Of a DNA stretch of 64,000 nucleotides, positions 41,790 to 57,743 are shown in pieces. Numbering within the stretch: the first letter of the stretch is position 1; every line of letters starts with the position of its first letter. The notes below the pieces were generated by a model. That model was not told the DNA's origin. It made no database searches and saw only the letters and a list, made by a program, of their open reading frames with translations. The DNA is from the human T2T-CHM13v2.0 reference genome, Homo sapiens. The DNA is taken from the NCBI RefSeq assembly GCF_009914755.1, contig NC_060939.1, one strand, 5' to 3'. A program made the translations under genes and the position numbers.

Positions 41790-42120
41790 ACACATTGCAT
41801 CATGAATGGATAGAACTCTAACGTAGACTCTTACCTGCCATGAAACCCTGGGCTAGTCATCCCTTCTGGGCCTTAATCTCCTCATCTTTAAAATTGGGGC
41901 ACTATTACCCACACCTTAGGGTTTTATGAGACTTAAGTGTGGGAGCACTGGGGCCCACACATAGTAGTTGCTCAATAAACGTGTTGAATCTGAATGTAGC
42001 CACCCACCATCCTGGCTCCTGAGCACAGGAGAAGGGGTACCTGAAGCCCAGAAGGAAAATCAATTGCCCAAAGTCACACAGTAATCACTTACAAGGACCC
42101 AGGTTTCCTGACTGCTACTT
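41790..42120. mobile_element. Two MIR fragments in opposite orientation
   Basis: + strand MIR core at 41860-41990; - strand fragment ttgcccaaagtcacacag. Confidence 0.6.
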
Positions 42121-42449
42121 TTCATCCCACTTTCTTCCCTTTAGGGTCCTCCTCTCCAAAGCTGCCTATACCCTGCCTCCTTCCAGGACATGCCAATGGC
42201 TCCTGCCCTAGTTTGAAGACCCTAAGTCCAAGACCTTCTGCCAGAAATACACAAGGGAAGCCACAAGCACCTGGCAGTGCCCAACCCAATGTGACACCCA
42301 CCCCAGCAACTCCTGGACTCCCAGAGCCCAGATCCCCTCCAGCCATTTTACTTTATTCCTGAATTGTGGCCCACAGATGCCAAGGATAGGGCCAAAACAC
42401 TTTTTAAATATTTTCTCTTAATATTGCCATGGGCTTAATCATGCATTAA

Positions 42450-42858
42450 CTACTATCTTATACCTGCTTCCCTGGAAGCAGATCCTGAGATGAGTATTCA
42501 CATGCAAGTGGTTCATTAAGAAAGTATTTCTAGGAGAAACTGGGAAGGGAGATGAGAAGCAACAGAGGAAAGGGGAAGAAGCCAAGCAAGAGCGTGATTG
42601 CAGGCAAGTCCTGTCCTCAGCCCGAGCTCAAGGGGCACTCATGAGTGCAAGTTACACCTCAGTGTTTGTCCAACCTGAGGCAGGAGAGCTGCTGTTTGAC
42701 GCTCGTGCGCCAGTTGGTCACTGGGTCCAATATCCCAAGGGCCAAGCCATGAAGAAAGCGGCAGGTGCAAGCTCATAGAAGTAATGCACATGGGTGATTG
42801 GGGATGAGCACAGGAAGACAGGGAGATCTGGGCAGAACCCCAACAGCATCCTCCATAA
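42450..42858 (-). mobile_element. LTR16-like ERVL solo LTR
   Basis: gaagcagatcctgagatgag...catgcaagtggtt; ends gggagatctgggcagaaccccaacagcatc. Confidence 0.7.
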
Positions 42859-45113
42859 CCGATTTCCCCAATATCTCAAAATCCAAAAAGTGAAAAGCCA
42901 GTCTCCATAGCCTGAGCACATTCTACAGAAACCACCATATGCACTGGAATTGGCTAATGATGGGATTTAGCAAAATTTAACAGGACAAGCCCGTCTTGTA
43001 GGTTGCCCTCTCTGCAAGGACTTGTTACAGCATAGTTTGAAAATTCAACAGATACTGTGGTAGGCTCAAGGGACACAAACACAATCAAGAGAAAGGACCC
43101 CTACCCTAGAGAAGCTCAAGGTTGTGGATAATCTCTCAAATGGACATTTTTGCCTGATTTTTCACTGAATCCTAAAAAATGCTCCATTCCATTCTCAATG
43201 ATAGATGATTCTCCCTTCAACTTTACAGGATCGGCAACAATGCTTTTCAATACATCATGCCATATTGAGTTACAAAGAGATACTATCTCACAAGGAATTA
43301 ACAAAAAGCTAAATAAAACCACAAGAAAGTAACACTAACACTATTTCAAATGATAATGATAATGACAGTCACCATGTGTGGGAGACATATAGTCATCAAA
43401 TTTCTGAATATCGAAGTTATTGGATTAATCCCATAGCCTCCAAATAGAGGCCCCAACGTCTATCACAATCCAGGTATTTTGACTGGTAATTTGAGAGACA
43501 TTAAAAGATATGCTAGAGTTATTAGTTCAAATTCACTACGTAAGTGTATTTACTTTTAACACACTTTATATGAGATGAGACTTCAAAGTAATGAGACTGA
43601 TGATTAGATGTTCCTTGAGAAAGGAACGTATTAACATCAGATCTAATACACAGTCAGAACTTTCAGACTTGAGAAAGTCAAGATATGCAACAGTGCTACC
43701 CACAACCACACATACTCTGTCTTATAAAGAGCCTTTTAAAGAAGTAACAAGACTACATGGAGAATGCTAACAACATACAAGACACTGGGCCAAGCATTTT
43801 ACAGAACTCCTTTAACTTTCACAGCAACTCCATCCATGGGAGAGAACACATTATAACCCCACCTTACAGAGGAGAAATCCAGTGCTTACAGATATTAAAA
43901 ACTTCCCCAAGACCACAGAATTATTCAGAGTAGGACAAAACTCATACTTAAGTCTCTCAGTGCAAAATGCATACTTTTAACACCATATTGTGGCGGCAAT
44001 GATTCAAAACCAGCTAACCTGGAATTGAACCATGGGGGTCCAGGCACCTTTATGGCTTATCCATGTCACACCAGGATCACACTTTCCAAGGCTCTGTCTC
44101 TACAACTATGGTTTTAACTTAAGATCATTTTTCTTCACTGTCCTTTTTACACCATTTTCTAAAACAAGCCAAAAGAAAAACTGTAGGTATTCATTATGTT
44201 ATTAGAAATCAATCAATATTTTAGTTATAGAGATTACTTCAATATCACCATGTATTGCCTAAGCTACCTAGCCCCTCTTGATATCTTTAGCATTTTCCCT
44301 CACATATGGCTAATTCATTTTATGATTTTCTCTTTAAAAATTACATTCTTCACGGTATCCAAATGATTCAAAATCATTGCCTGATGTGACTGACTGCCAG
44401 ATTTAAGTACATCATTAAAATTTACTTTGCCACATTATCATTAGCAAAAAAATAAGGGGGGGACAGCAAAAAAGAGAGTAAGAAATGATGGAAAGAAGTT
44501 TTAAAATTACCCCTGCTAAGTTTTCTGGAGGTGTTTTTGCAGTCGTTTGTGGATAAATGCATGTGTTTTTAAAGCATTTCTGATTCTAGCACTGTTCCCA
44601 CAAATACTTTTTCTTCATTGATGGATGAATATAAAAGCAATGAAAAAATTGTACTATGGTAGATGGCCCATGTATATTCCACTATCAAGTGAATACAAAA
44701 TTCTTATCACTATCACTTGATACAGTAATGTGTGAGAAGTCTCTCTAGCAATATTCCCCAGAAATTACCAAATTAAATAATTCACACACTCATGAAACAT
44801 CTACCACATACAGAACCCCATATGCACCAATTCTAAATAGTACTGGATCTAGAAATGGAAAGTGACAAAGATGTGTCTGTGTTCCATAAAAGGTACACCA
44901 AAGGAATCTGAAGTCAAAGTTGAGTGAGTAGCACAAGCATTTGCGGAACATAAAAGAGAGCCATGAAGATAAAATGGAATTAAAGTTCAATTTTTAATAA
45001 ATTAAAGGGAAAAAAGAATCATGTATCTAATTAAAAGAGAAAGCCACCAATCGTCAAGAGCTGTTTCAGGGTCCTAGAAATTTTCAGAATAACCCACAGA
45101 ATGTATTTCTTAC

Positions 45114-45175
45114 TTGCTGTTGATGAGCACTTCAGACTGCCGATTATTCACTTGATTATCACTCTTGTGGCGAAA
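45114..45175 (-). CDS. ATP8B4: ATP8B4 coding exon (62 nt, phase 0-2): FRHKSDNQVNNRQSEVLINS(K)
   Basis: Acceptor tttttcag|TTT and donor CAA|gtaaga. Conserved P4-ATPase R..SD..VN motif. Too short for the ORF track. Confidence 0.96.
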
Positions 45176-46394
45176 CTGAAAAATCAAAGTGTTTGTGAGA
45201 AAACACATTACAAGGTACTTTGTCAGCCCAAATAAGCACACTGGCAATACTTTGAGTTCATCCATTTAAACTGTGTTGTCACTGGTCTAAGATGACACTG
45301 TTTGAGCTTCCTGTGAACCCAGCTCTACATGTTCTAAATCTAAATCAAAACCCTTCTCACTACATTACACTCCGGATGTCACCAATGAAACAACAAGGCT
45401 AGCCACTACTCTTCCAATCTCCACACGTTTAGTTGCTTCTAAGAAGACAATATGCTCTCTACTGTACCTTATAGTCTCAGAGAAAACCATGTATTAATTT
45501 TGATGTCTTTAACAAGGAATGGGGCTTCCATTTCTCTCCCATGTGTACTGAATGCTTTATTAGAACATCATTCTTTCTGTTTTATGGATTTCTTTGAAGT
45601 CAAGAAGTTACTTGTAACAACATCAATTTTTATTCTCCAGAAACTCTAATTGTTAACAGTGATCTTATGAAGTACTGAGCATTTAAAGCAAAAATTAGAA
45701 TCCAATACTGAAACACATTTGGTGTAGATTTGTGATTTATGTCCAAATGGTTGTATTTCTTATTGTTTAATCCAGTAATGTAAGCATCTTATATAGCTTG
45801 AAAGAATCTCAATATTAAGAGCTCTCTACTAGGCTCATAAATTAGCAGTCATTCAGGTAAGTCTTCCTATGTGAAATGTCAAGATCAGATAGTAGTAGTA
45901 GGCTATAAGAGAAAAAAAAGTAATATAGAGAAAATGGTAATACCATTAGTAATAGGCTATAATATAGTTATTTCAGCAAATTAGCCTACATGCACAGATG
46001 AATAGGGGTAGTCTTTTCAGGAGACAGAAACTTCGATTTCATAGACTTTAATCATCAGAATGTTTTCTTTTTTTCTTAAATACAAAATGTTGTGTCAAAA
46101 TCACAAAATACAAAATGCTTCAACCAGCCCTTTTCCTTTTTCTACAGCCTTCCCAAATCCATCCCAATCTTTCTATTATGCTATGCCCAGTACATACAAT
46201 TACTCAGAATGACAGGTATAAGTTAATAGATATTACCAGTAAAAATAAGAAAACAAGCTGTTTAGCATTTGTTAACATAAAAATAGTTTATAATATTGGT
46301 AAAGAAGTAAATTAAGTCACACGTCACCCATTGACATGAAAACTTCTTCCTACGAGTAGAACAACAGAAATGGAAACATTATTTGATCTGAGTG

Positions 46395-46848
46395 CACAAT
46401 TTGGAAGGGTTGCTGAATATTCTCTCCTCCACCATATCTACACAGCATTCGTCTCCACTCTGCCCTGTGCCATGAAAAGTTGGGCTCTGTGGTCCCTGCC
46501 CTGTGGCTTCTGGTAAGATTTGGCCAACAGATAGTACTGGCAGAAGATTCGAGTCAGAGAAGAGTGAAATGAGGGAATTTATCCCCTGGCTTTCTTCTAG
46601 CTGGGTTAGCAATGGCTGCTTCCACAGATAGCCACAGCTGCTACAAACAGGCCTCAACTACGTCTCCAGGTCTGGTCACTCCTTCATTCCTTTGCCTCTT
46701 CAGGTCTAGTAGTATTGCCAACCATGTTGCTGCCATAGCTGCTTTTCCTTGCCCACACCCTTTGTGAATGATCCCATCATTATTAAACTCTCCAATCCAC
46801 CCAATTTCAGGATAACCTCTGTGTTTTGCCAAGACCCTGACTGGTGAA
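46395..46848 (+). mobile_element. LTR33-like ERVL solo LTR
   Basis: gaagagtgaaatgagggaatttatcccctggct; attaaactctcc; gaccctgactg. Confidence 0.7.
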
Positions 46849-48007
46849 GGTGTCCAGTTAATGAACTGGCACATAACATCACAAAAGGTGAAAGCACATT
46901 CAAGCATTAACTGCAATGGAATCAAAAGGAGACTTTTTGTTTAGTCATGTAAATCCCCTAAATTGACTAGCTGAACATCACAGAAAAAGACCAGTCAGCT
47001 CATCCCCCAAAAGCTGAGCAGCTCACTCTCGGGGAGATGCAATCACTTCTACTTCTGCTCAGGTTTTACCAACAGGACTTGATATTGGAGTAGATGGAGT
47101 CTGGAAGGATTAGAAATGGTAGTTTCAAGGCCAGCCTGACTCTTATTGACAATTTCTCCTCTAAGAAATAAATATGAAGTCTCAGAGGGGAACTTCCACA
47201 GGAAAGAAAGGAAGTAGAGGGCTAGCATTCATTGTGTACTCCCTGTGAGCTAGGTTCTATACCTGATGCTTTACACATATCTCTTTCTGTCTTCCCAACA
47301 GCTCTGGTGTCATTGGCCATGTTATACAGAAAAGGAAAGATTTGAGAAGTTAAGTCATTTGCCTCATGTCAAACTGTTAGTACATGGTAGGGTAAGGTGG
47401 TAGGATAGTAAGGTGTCTTTCTCCAAAGCCAATATTCTTTCTACTCTACCATTTATTCCTCTATGAAGTGTGACTATAATGAAGACCTTTAAGGCCAATA
47501 TGTAGGAACTCATGCATCTAAATGAGTACCATTTCCCTGAAAAATCAGATAACAAGGAAAAACCACACATTTACTCCAAAGATGCCATTGCTCAAATGAT
47601 TGTTGAAATTTCCTCTCTTAGAATTACCTCTGGAGCTCATAGCCCGTTCCTCAGAATGTTCTCTATCCTTTGAGAATTGAGCTCTATGTCCTTTGAAAAG
47701 ACATAATGAGATGTCTCATGTTTTGAAATATATGAAAGCCACTCTTAGAAAGCATGTCTGGTTGATAAGATTTTTGATTAGGCTTGAGAAGTAGCATTTG
47801 TTTCCAAAGCTGTGAAGCCATTAAGTCATAAGACTACCTTGTACACTGACCTTCAGAAGACAATTCTATAAGAAGAGACCCCAAAGTACCTTGAACAACG
47901 GCAACCTCACAGGAATCAGTAAACTCCAGGAACATCCCAAGTTAGCCACTTTAATGTGATATTACTCATCAGTGTGGATGGATCCTATGTGTTTGTTAAA
48001 AATCTGG

Positions 48008-48521
<514 letters not shown>

Positions 48522-49702
48522 CTAACCTCAAAGGTTATAGTCAAAATGTGAACCATGAAATAGGCTAGAAATTTCATTAAGAAATGAAGAGTTATATCCT
48601 GTGTATTCTTTAAAAAATGATATATGAAGACACATGCATTATTTGTGTGTATGTGTGCTCTTTTAAAATGACTTGCATCAAATTGTTGATTTATCAAAAA
48701 ATTATATGTAAGATAACTATGAGGAAATATCACATGAACCAACTTGATAAGTACAAATCTTCCCATATGTCTTCACCATACTCAACTACTCTTAGCAGGG
48801 GTGAGTTCCCACTTTCTCCATAATATCTTCCCTAATTCTCTTTCACACATCCCACCTCTGTTATCAATCTAGCTACTGAAGTTCATCTTCCCCCCTTAAA
48901 GAACCAAAGCACTTTGGTTCTTTTAAATTATGAATTTCACACCATTTTTATCTCATATTATTGTTGTTCATGAACATGACCCACCTCCCTCTACTGAATG
49001 TTAAGTTTTTTTTAACTTCATTTTCTGGTGTCTCTTTCATTTCTGCATTCTCCATATAGCTTAGCACAGAGGGGTGTGGTGAGTAAGTGCCAGTGTTCTG
49101 AAGCCAGATTGCTTGAGATGGACTATTACAGACTAAAACAACCATGAAAAAGTATGTCTGTTAAGCCAATAATATAGATAAGATGGAATCACAAAAAACA
49201 CTCCGTTAATCTAAAAGTAGGGAGAGAAAAATAGAACGAAGAGCCAATGGGCCATATAGAAAGCAACAGCTAGATAATAGATGGCCTAACCATAATGATA
49301 ATTATATTAAACATAAATGGGTTAAATATTCCAATTGAAAGGCAGAGATTTTCAGATTTTATTAAAAATTATTAGCCTACTATATATGCTGTCTACAAGA
49401 AAACCATTTTAAAGATACAGATGGGTTAAAAATAGGCAACAGGAAATATGGGTGTGAGCTCAGAGGAGTGACTTGGGCTAGGAATATAAACCTGTAACTC
49501 ATTGGCATAGACAGTTATTGAGGGGGCACATGCAATCACTCAGGATGAAAATATAATTTGTCTGGATTTAGAATGTTTGGTTTTCCCAAGACTATGTTTT
49601 GTCTTTGAGTGAGAATGACTTCCTTTGGGTTATGCAGACTTTAAAATTCTCTATTGCCTTATATCTGACTTATTTACATTAGTTTCCTGACTTTTGAAGC
49701 TA

Positions 49703-50508
<806 letters not shown>

Positions 50509-50939
50509 TATTTGACTTTGTAACTCCTAATATAATGACAAGAATGTATAAGAATACCTAATATTTACCAGCTCTCAAACCTTAAACAAAGACATGTGAT
50601 AAAGAATAAGTAACACTTCACTGAGTGAATGCAGGTTGATTTCCAATTCTGCTCTTCCACAAATTGGTTGTATTATTAGCAAATCACTAGCTCTTTCTGG
50701 GCTTTAGTTTTCTCATCTATAAAAGGAGAAAGTGAATCTAGTTACTGAAGCCTTCTTGCTTTTAAACAGGCTCTGGTTTTACAGCACCTGTATTAATCAT
50801 CAAACAAATAGTAAAATAGCTTTATATGATATTAACCAAAATAACTTCATTCAAAATTTCAAATGTATCTTCATTATCTATTTCTGAGAAGCCACAACTG
50901 AAATTGAGACCTCAAGAATGCTCAAGAGCAAATACTCAC

Positions 50940-51038
50940 ATAGTCATCTGTGGCATCTTTGACAGCTGTCATAGTTATCACCAGGACCAAAGGCACAATG
51001 GTGGTAAACCAGGTCAAGGAGGAAATTTCTGGAATTAG
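50940..51038 (-). CDS. ATP8B4: ATP8B4 coding exon (99 nt, phase 0-0): LIPEISSLTWFTTIVPLVLVITMTAVKDATDDY, TM1-TM2 loop and TM2
   Basis: Acceptor tgtttgtttcag|CTA and donor TAT|gtgagt. In frame with the previous exon; hydrophobic TM2 followed by the conserved KDA.DD. Confidence 0.97.
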
Positions 51039-52334
51039 CTGAAACAAACATTCCAAATAGTTTAGGGCTTTTAAAGTTAGAAAATATATCTTCCAAACTG
51101 TGTCATTTAATTTCAAATTAATGGGGTTATATTGACTTATTTGTACAAATGGAGAATGACTTTCAATAATTTAAGTGTTTGTATTTGGTTATAAGACACA
51201 TAGAGTAGAATTATTATTGAACTTGTTTTCAAACTACCTAACCAAAAACTGAAATTTTTATAGCAAGGGGAGAAGCTTCTTGAAATCTCTCACAGATGAT
51301 CACTTTCTCCAATATGTTAAATTTCACCCATCTTTTTCTGCTTTTCATCTCAACTTTTAACAATTTTACCAACTCCTCTTTTTACCAATTCCCAAAGAGA
51401 GATTGTTTGAACATCTGCCTTGCACCAGACACTGTGCCAGGTACTTTCCATTTATTACATCATTTAATCCTCGGAAAAGTTCATTGAGTTAGATTCCTAC
51501 TAGGATTGTTTTTGTATAATCCCAGAAGGTTTGTATTCCACATAAATAGTACCCCCAGTACACAACACAGAATACTACATTATGAAGGGTGACCAGGAGT
51601 CAGGAAATGTTGCAGACCTGGGTATCATGTCCCAATTTTATAAATGAAGAATCTAACAGGTCATGCAACTGGGCCAAGATCACATACTGTTAAAATTTGA
51701 AACTAGGTCTCTTGGACTCCAAGCCCTATTCCCTTGTGCCCATACCTCCAAAGCCACCCACATAAGAGAGACATAGTGACAGTGGACATAAATCTCTTAG
51801 GTGGTTTTCAAATGGGATTCATTTGAAAATCTGCTGCTTCGGGGCCATCAGGCAGGAAAGGATGGGGTAGAGACGGTCAGTGGCTAAAGATCAGGCCCCA
51901 TCAAAACAACTCTAAATCAATTTTACATAGCAGCTTCCATGTAAGATTTTTTTAAAAAAACTCAAAAGCCTCTGATGTAGCAGTAAAAATGTTGAGCTTG
52001 GTGTCAGAAAAGCTAAATTCTAGTCCTAGTTCATCATCAACTCATGGTGAAAGCTTTACCACCTAATCTCTCTGGGTCTAATTTCTTCAGCAATAAAGAA
52101 AGGAGAGGTTAGACTGAACCATCCCAAAGTTCCCTTCTAAATATAAAATTCTATGAACAAGAGCCTTTGGCCACAAATGAGAAAGCCATTAGAGAAATGA
52201 ATTCAAAATTCTGGAATGGTGTGAAGTGTTACTTGAAGAAACCAAAAGCAACTTCATGGGGAGAGGTGGGGGGAAGAAATTTGGACTCTAAGCTTTCTTC
52301 AACAAATAGTAAGATGTTTATTCATTGTTTGTTT

Positions 52335-52739
52335 TTGTTTTCCTGATCAGCACCCAGTTCTTCTCAAATATACTCCTATTTCTTAGGGAACCATCATATC
52401 CCCTCACTTTCTGTCCACATAACTTTAGGAAACTGATTCCACCATGGATCCAGGGTTTGGCATATGATCTTGGTTAAGCCAATTACTGGATCAAACTCTT
52501 GAGCCACAGTGACAGGTTTAGGAATGAAGATACAGCTCCAATCAGAACTAATCTCAAGACTTTTGCTGGAGCAACAGAAAAAGTAATTCCTTCATTCGTT
52601 TTCTCTCTCTCTCTTTCTCTCTTTCTCTCTCTCCCCCTCCCCCTCTCTGCCCCACTCTCTCTCTCTCTGACTTGAGTTGAAACCAGGAAGCTGTCAGGGC
52701 CACCAAGTAGAGGGCCTACCTAAGAAAGGCCAATGTGTG

Positions 52740-52771
<32 letters not shown>

Positions 52772-52910
52772 CAGAGAAAGAGAAGCCACATCCTGATGAA
52801 ATTGTGCCCATGAATCCAGTAATACCTGAAATGAGATACCCATGAATAATTTATCTTTTGCTCAAACTAATTAAGATTTCTGTCACTTGAAACATATTCT
52901 TAAATAGATA
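52335..52910 (+). mobile_element. MLT1 (K-like) LTR with an internal (CT)n tract (approx. 52603-52668)
   Basis: gccacagtgacaggtttaggaatg; tgaatccagtaatacctgaa; tttctgtcacttgaaac. Confidence 0.7.
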
Positions 52911-53696
52911 TTCAATTAAAGAGAAAACAGTACTCAAATCTATTAATCTAATCCATCTTCTTACTTCTTAGCCATTCTTGACCTACCAGTTTGATCTGCT
53001 TAAAGTATGCTAACATAAATACTAGGTAAATAACTGGCTAACATGAACTATTTATGTGTGTGTATAGTATGTATGTGTACAGTATATATGTAGCTTCCTT
53101 GATTCATATGTTTTTCCTTCCCAAAATATCCATAAAAGCTGAAATTTCATTTAAAGGCAAATTTTAGTTAGGAGAAAAAGCAAAGGTTACTAAATACCAA
53201 TTAACCATTCAAAACTGTAAAAGTAGTCACCTACAGTGAAATAACATATAGCATCATCACTTTATATATATTAAAAATATGTCACTGTTCTTAAATGAAA
53301 ATGAAATGTGCAGAATTAAGCTCTGCAACCTACTCAGTCTTAGTCACCTAAGATTCTGCCTCAACTCTGGCAATCCCCACACTGTAGATGTGAAAGGGAG
53401 ATAAAGAAAGGAGGGAGGCTGTGAACAGTAATTATTAGGCTCTGGTTTGGTTCAAATAAAGTGCAAGGCTGTGTTTTAAAGTGACCTCAGTGTTTAAAAT
53501 GATGAATGTACTACTTTTTAACCATTCCTACCTCTCCCACGTTTGTGAAAAGAAACAGCAACAACAAGATTAAAAATCTGATAAAGGATGATTGTACCTA
53601 ATCACGAACATTTAGCTAAGTAAATTGACTTACTTTTTACAATTTTATGAATACTTTAAACAAACAGATAATAGAGAAATACAACCTAAATATTAC

Positions 53697-53810
53697 CTGT
53701 AAAATCAGAAGGCAAAGAAAATAGGCATTTGCCACTCTTTGGAACTGTTCAAATAAATTAATTGGCAAGAAGGTGAGAATATTATATTTCGATGTGTGGA
53801 TACGATTATC
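53697..53810 (-). CDS. ATP8B4: ATP8B4 coding exon (114 nt, phase 0-0): [39 protein letters not shown]-terminal region and TM1
   Basis: Minus-strand acceptor tcttttccag|GAT and donor CAG|gtaata. P4-ATPase N-terminal motif (TSKYN..TFLP.NLFEQF..AN.YFL). The residues match my recall of ATP8B4 rather than ATP8B2. Confidence 0.97.
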
Positions 53811-54489
53811 CTGGAAAAGAAATAGCATCATGTTAGTTTGGGGCAAGGCATTGCTCATGATCAGAAATAGCTCTAAAACCTACAAGCCTGAGCCAGAGTA
53901 AGAAAGATAAGCCGGTTATCTAGGAAATTTCAACTCTGTGTGGCTCAAGGCCTTCATTTTTCCCAAGATGATATGCTCCTGATACTAGATGAAATTACTG
54001 GTCCATGCCATAAACTCACCTGTAACTAAATATGTATCAAATGCAAAAGTCTACCCCTGAGATTTCTGACTTAAGCACTCAACTATTTGGCAGTCATTGC
54101 TTGAGTACCTACTGTATGCAGTATTGAGTTCCTGTTGGAGCCCGCAAGGCAGGAGGGAACTTCAGAAATCATCTGGTCCACCTTCCCAAAGCATGACCCT
54201 TTTAGATACCTCCGACAAGGGGCTCCTAGGTCTGTCTTAGAAGATCTCCTGTGATGGGAAACTGACTGCCTCGCAAGGCAGCCCGTCCCCATTTCAGAAC
54301 GGGAATTGCTGGAATGGTCCTTATTATGAGGAACCCAAATCTGCCTCCCTATAACTTCTTTTTTTTTAATAACTATTTTTTTCTACTTTTATTTTAGGTT
54401 CAGGAGCATGTGTGCAGGCTTGTCACATGAGAGAACTACATGTCACTGAGGTTTGGTGTATGAATGATCCTGTCGTCAGGTAAAGAGCA

Positions 54490-55601
<1,112 letters not shown>

Positions 55602-57364
55602 AGCATAGTATCCAATAGGTAGTTTTTCAACCCTTACCCCACCCTTTCACTCTCCTCACTCTAGTAATCCCCAATGTCTATTGCTGCTGTATATGTCCAT
55701 GAGTACTCATTGTTTAGCCCCCACTCATAAGTGAGAACTTGCAGTCTTTGGTTTTATGATCCTGTGTTAATTCACTTCAGATAATGGCCTCCAGCTTCAC
55801 CCATGCTGCTGCAAAGGACATGTTTCATTCTTTTTTTATGCCTGTGTGGTATTCCATGGTGTATATGTACCACATTTTTCTTTATCCAGTCCACCATTGA
55901 TGGGCATCTAGGTTGACTCCATGTCTTTGCTATTGTAAATAGTGCCGTAATGAACATACAAGTGCATGTGTCTTTATGGTAGAACGATTTATTTTCCATT
56001 GGGTGTATACCCAGTAATTGGATTGCTGGGTCAAATACTAGTTCTGTTTTAGGTTCTTTGAGGAATTGCCACACTGTTTTCCACAATGGCTGAACTTATT
56101 TACACTCCTACCAACAGTGTATAAGCATTCCTTTTTCTCTGCAACCTCAACATCTGTTATTTTTTTTTCTTTTTTTACTTTTTAATAATGGCCATTCTGA
56201 CTGGTGTGAGATGGCATCTCATTGTGGTTTTGATTTGCCTTTCTTTAATGATTAGTGGTATTTAGCATTTTTTCATATATTTGTTGGTCACATGTATGTC
56301 TTCTTTTGAGAAGTGTCTTCTTGCCACATAGCAAATTCCATGCCTGGGGTCACCTAGACCAAGTCTAAGGCCCTTCTATGTTGATAACCTTCAAATACTT
56401 GAGAACCACTCATAGGACTCCCATAAATATTTATTCTGACTCAGACATTCCCAAACCTTTCAACCATTCTCTATGATTTATTTTACAGACATTTCTTCCC
56501 AGTGAGGCTCTTTTGGGTCCATCCCAGCTTCTCTGCATCTCTCTTAAAACATGATGCCTAGAACCAAACACAACTGCAGATCTAGCTCAACAAGTCTATG
56601 TATAGTAAGGACTTTGATGTCCTGTGTTCTGAACTATTGTACTGACATGTCCAAAGATTTCATTGGCATTCTGGCAATTGTGTCTCACTATATCTTCATA
56701 TTAAGTTTTGATCAACAAAAATTCCTAGATCATTTCTACATAAATCACTATTAAATCATCTTTCCCTTTCTATACATTTATAGTTGGTTTTTAAAATATT
56801 TATGTATACATCTTTCATATTTCCTATTACACCAGCCTAATGAAAAAATATTTAATCTTGAGTATACTATCTAAAGCATTAAATATTCCTCCCAGCTTTG
56901 TGTCATCAGAAAATTTCAAACACATGCCTTTTATATGTTCTTCCAAAGCTGTAGACAAATATACATTAAAAAAAAAACAGGCTAAATGCACCAAAAGAAA
57001 TTTTAATTAAACCAATAAAGCTATGGCAAACTACTAGAGACCTCTCTACAAATTAATGTTAACAATTTTTTCAGGTTTAATATGTTTTATATAAAACATA
57101 TTAAATATGTTTTATTTAACCACTTGTAAAGCCATGTAACTATATTATTTGAGGCTTAATTCTATCCTATCCACAAAGATAACATGAGAAATTTGGGGTG
57201 ACAGATATTACTGAAATTCAGAATCAATATGCCCAGAATAATATTTTTTAAATGAGGTTAGTTTGGGGTAACTTGTTTTAGGTGAACCTACACTGGCTCC
57301 TAGCCATCACTCCTATCTGTTTTTTTAGAGTCCAGTCATCTGTTAAATGACCATTTTTAACATT

Positions 57365-57743
57365 TGATATGGTTGGGCTGTGTCCCTACCCAAATCTCAT
57401 CTTGAATTGTAGTTCCCATAATCCTCACATGTCGTAGGAGGGACCCGATGGGAGATAACTGAATCATTAGAGTGGTTACCCTGATGCTGCTATGCTCATG
57501 ATAGTGAGTGAGTTTTCACAAGATCTGACCATTTTATAAGGGGCTTTCCCTTCTTTTGCTCAGCACTTCTCCTTGTTGCCTCCATGTGAAGAAGGACGTG
57601 TTTGCTTCCCCTTCCATCATGACTCTAAGATTCCTTAGGCCTCCCCAGCCATGCTGAACTGTGAATTAATTAAACCTCTTTTCTTTATAAGTTACCCAGT
57701 CTCAGGTATGTCTTTATTAGCAGCATGAAAACGGACTAATACA
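57365..57743 (+). mobile_element. THE1 (C/D-like) MaLR solo LTR
   Basis: tgatatggttgggctgtgtcc...ggactaataca with a 5-bp TSD acatt (57360-64 and 57744-48). Confidence 0.95.
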
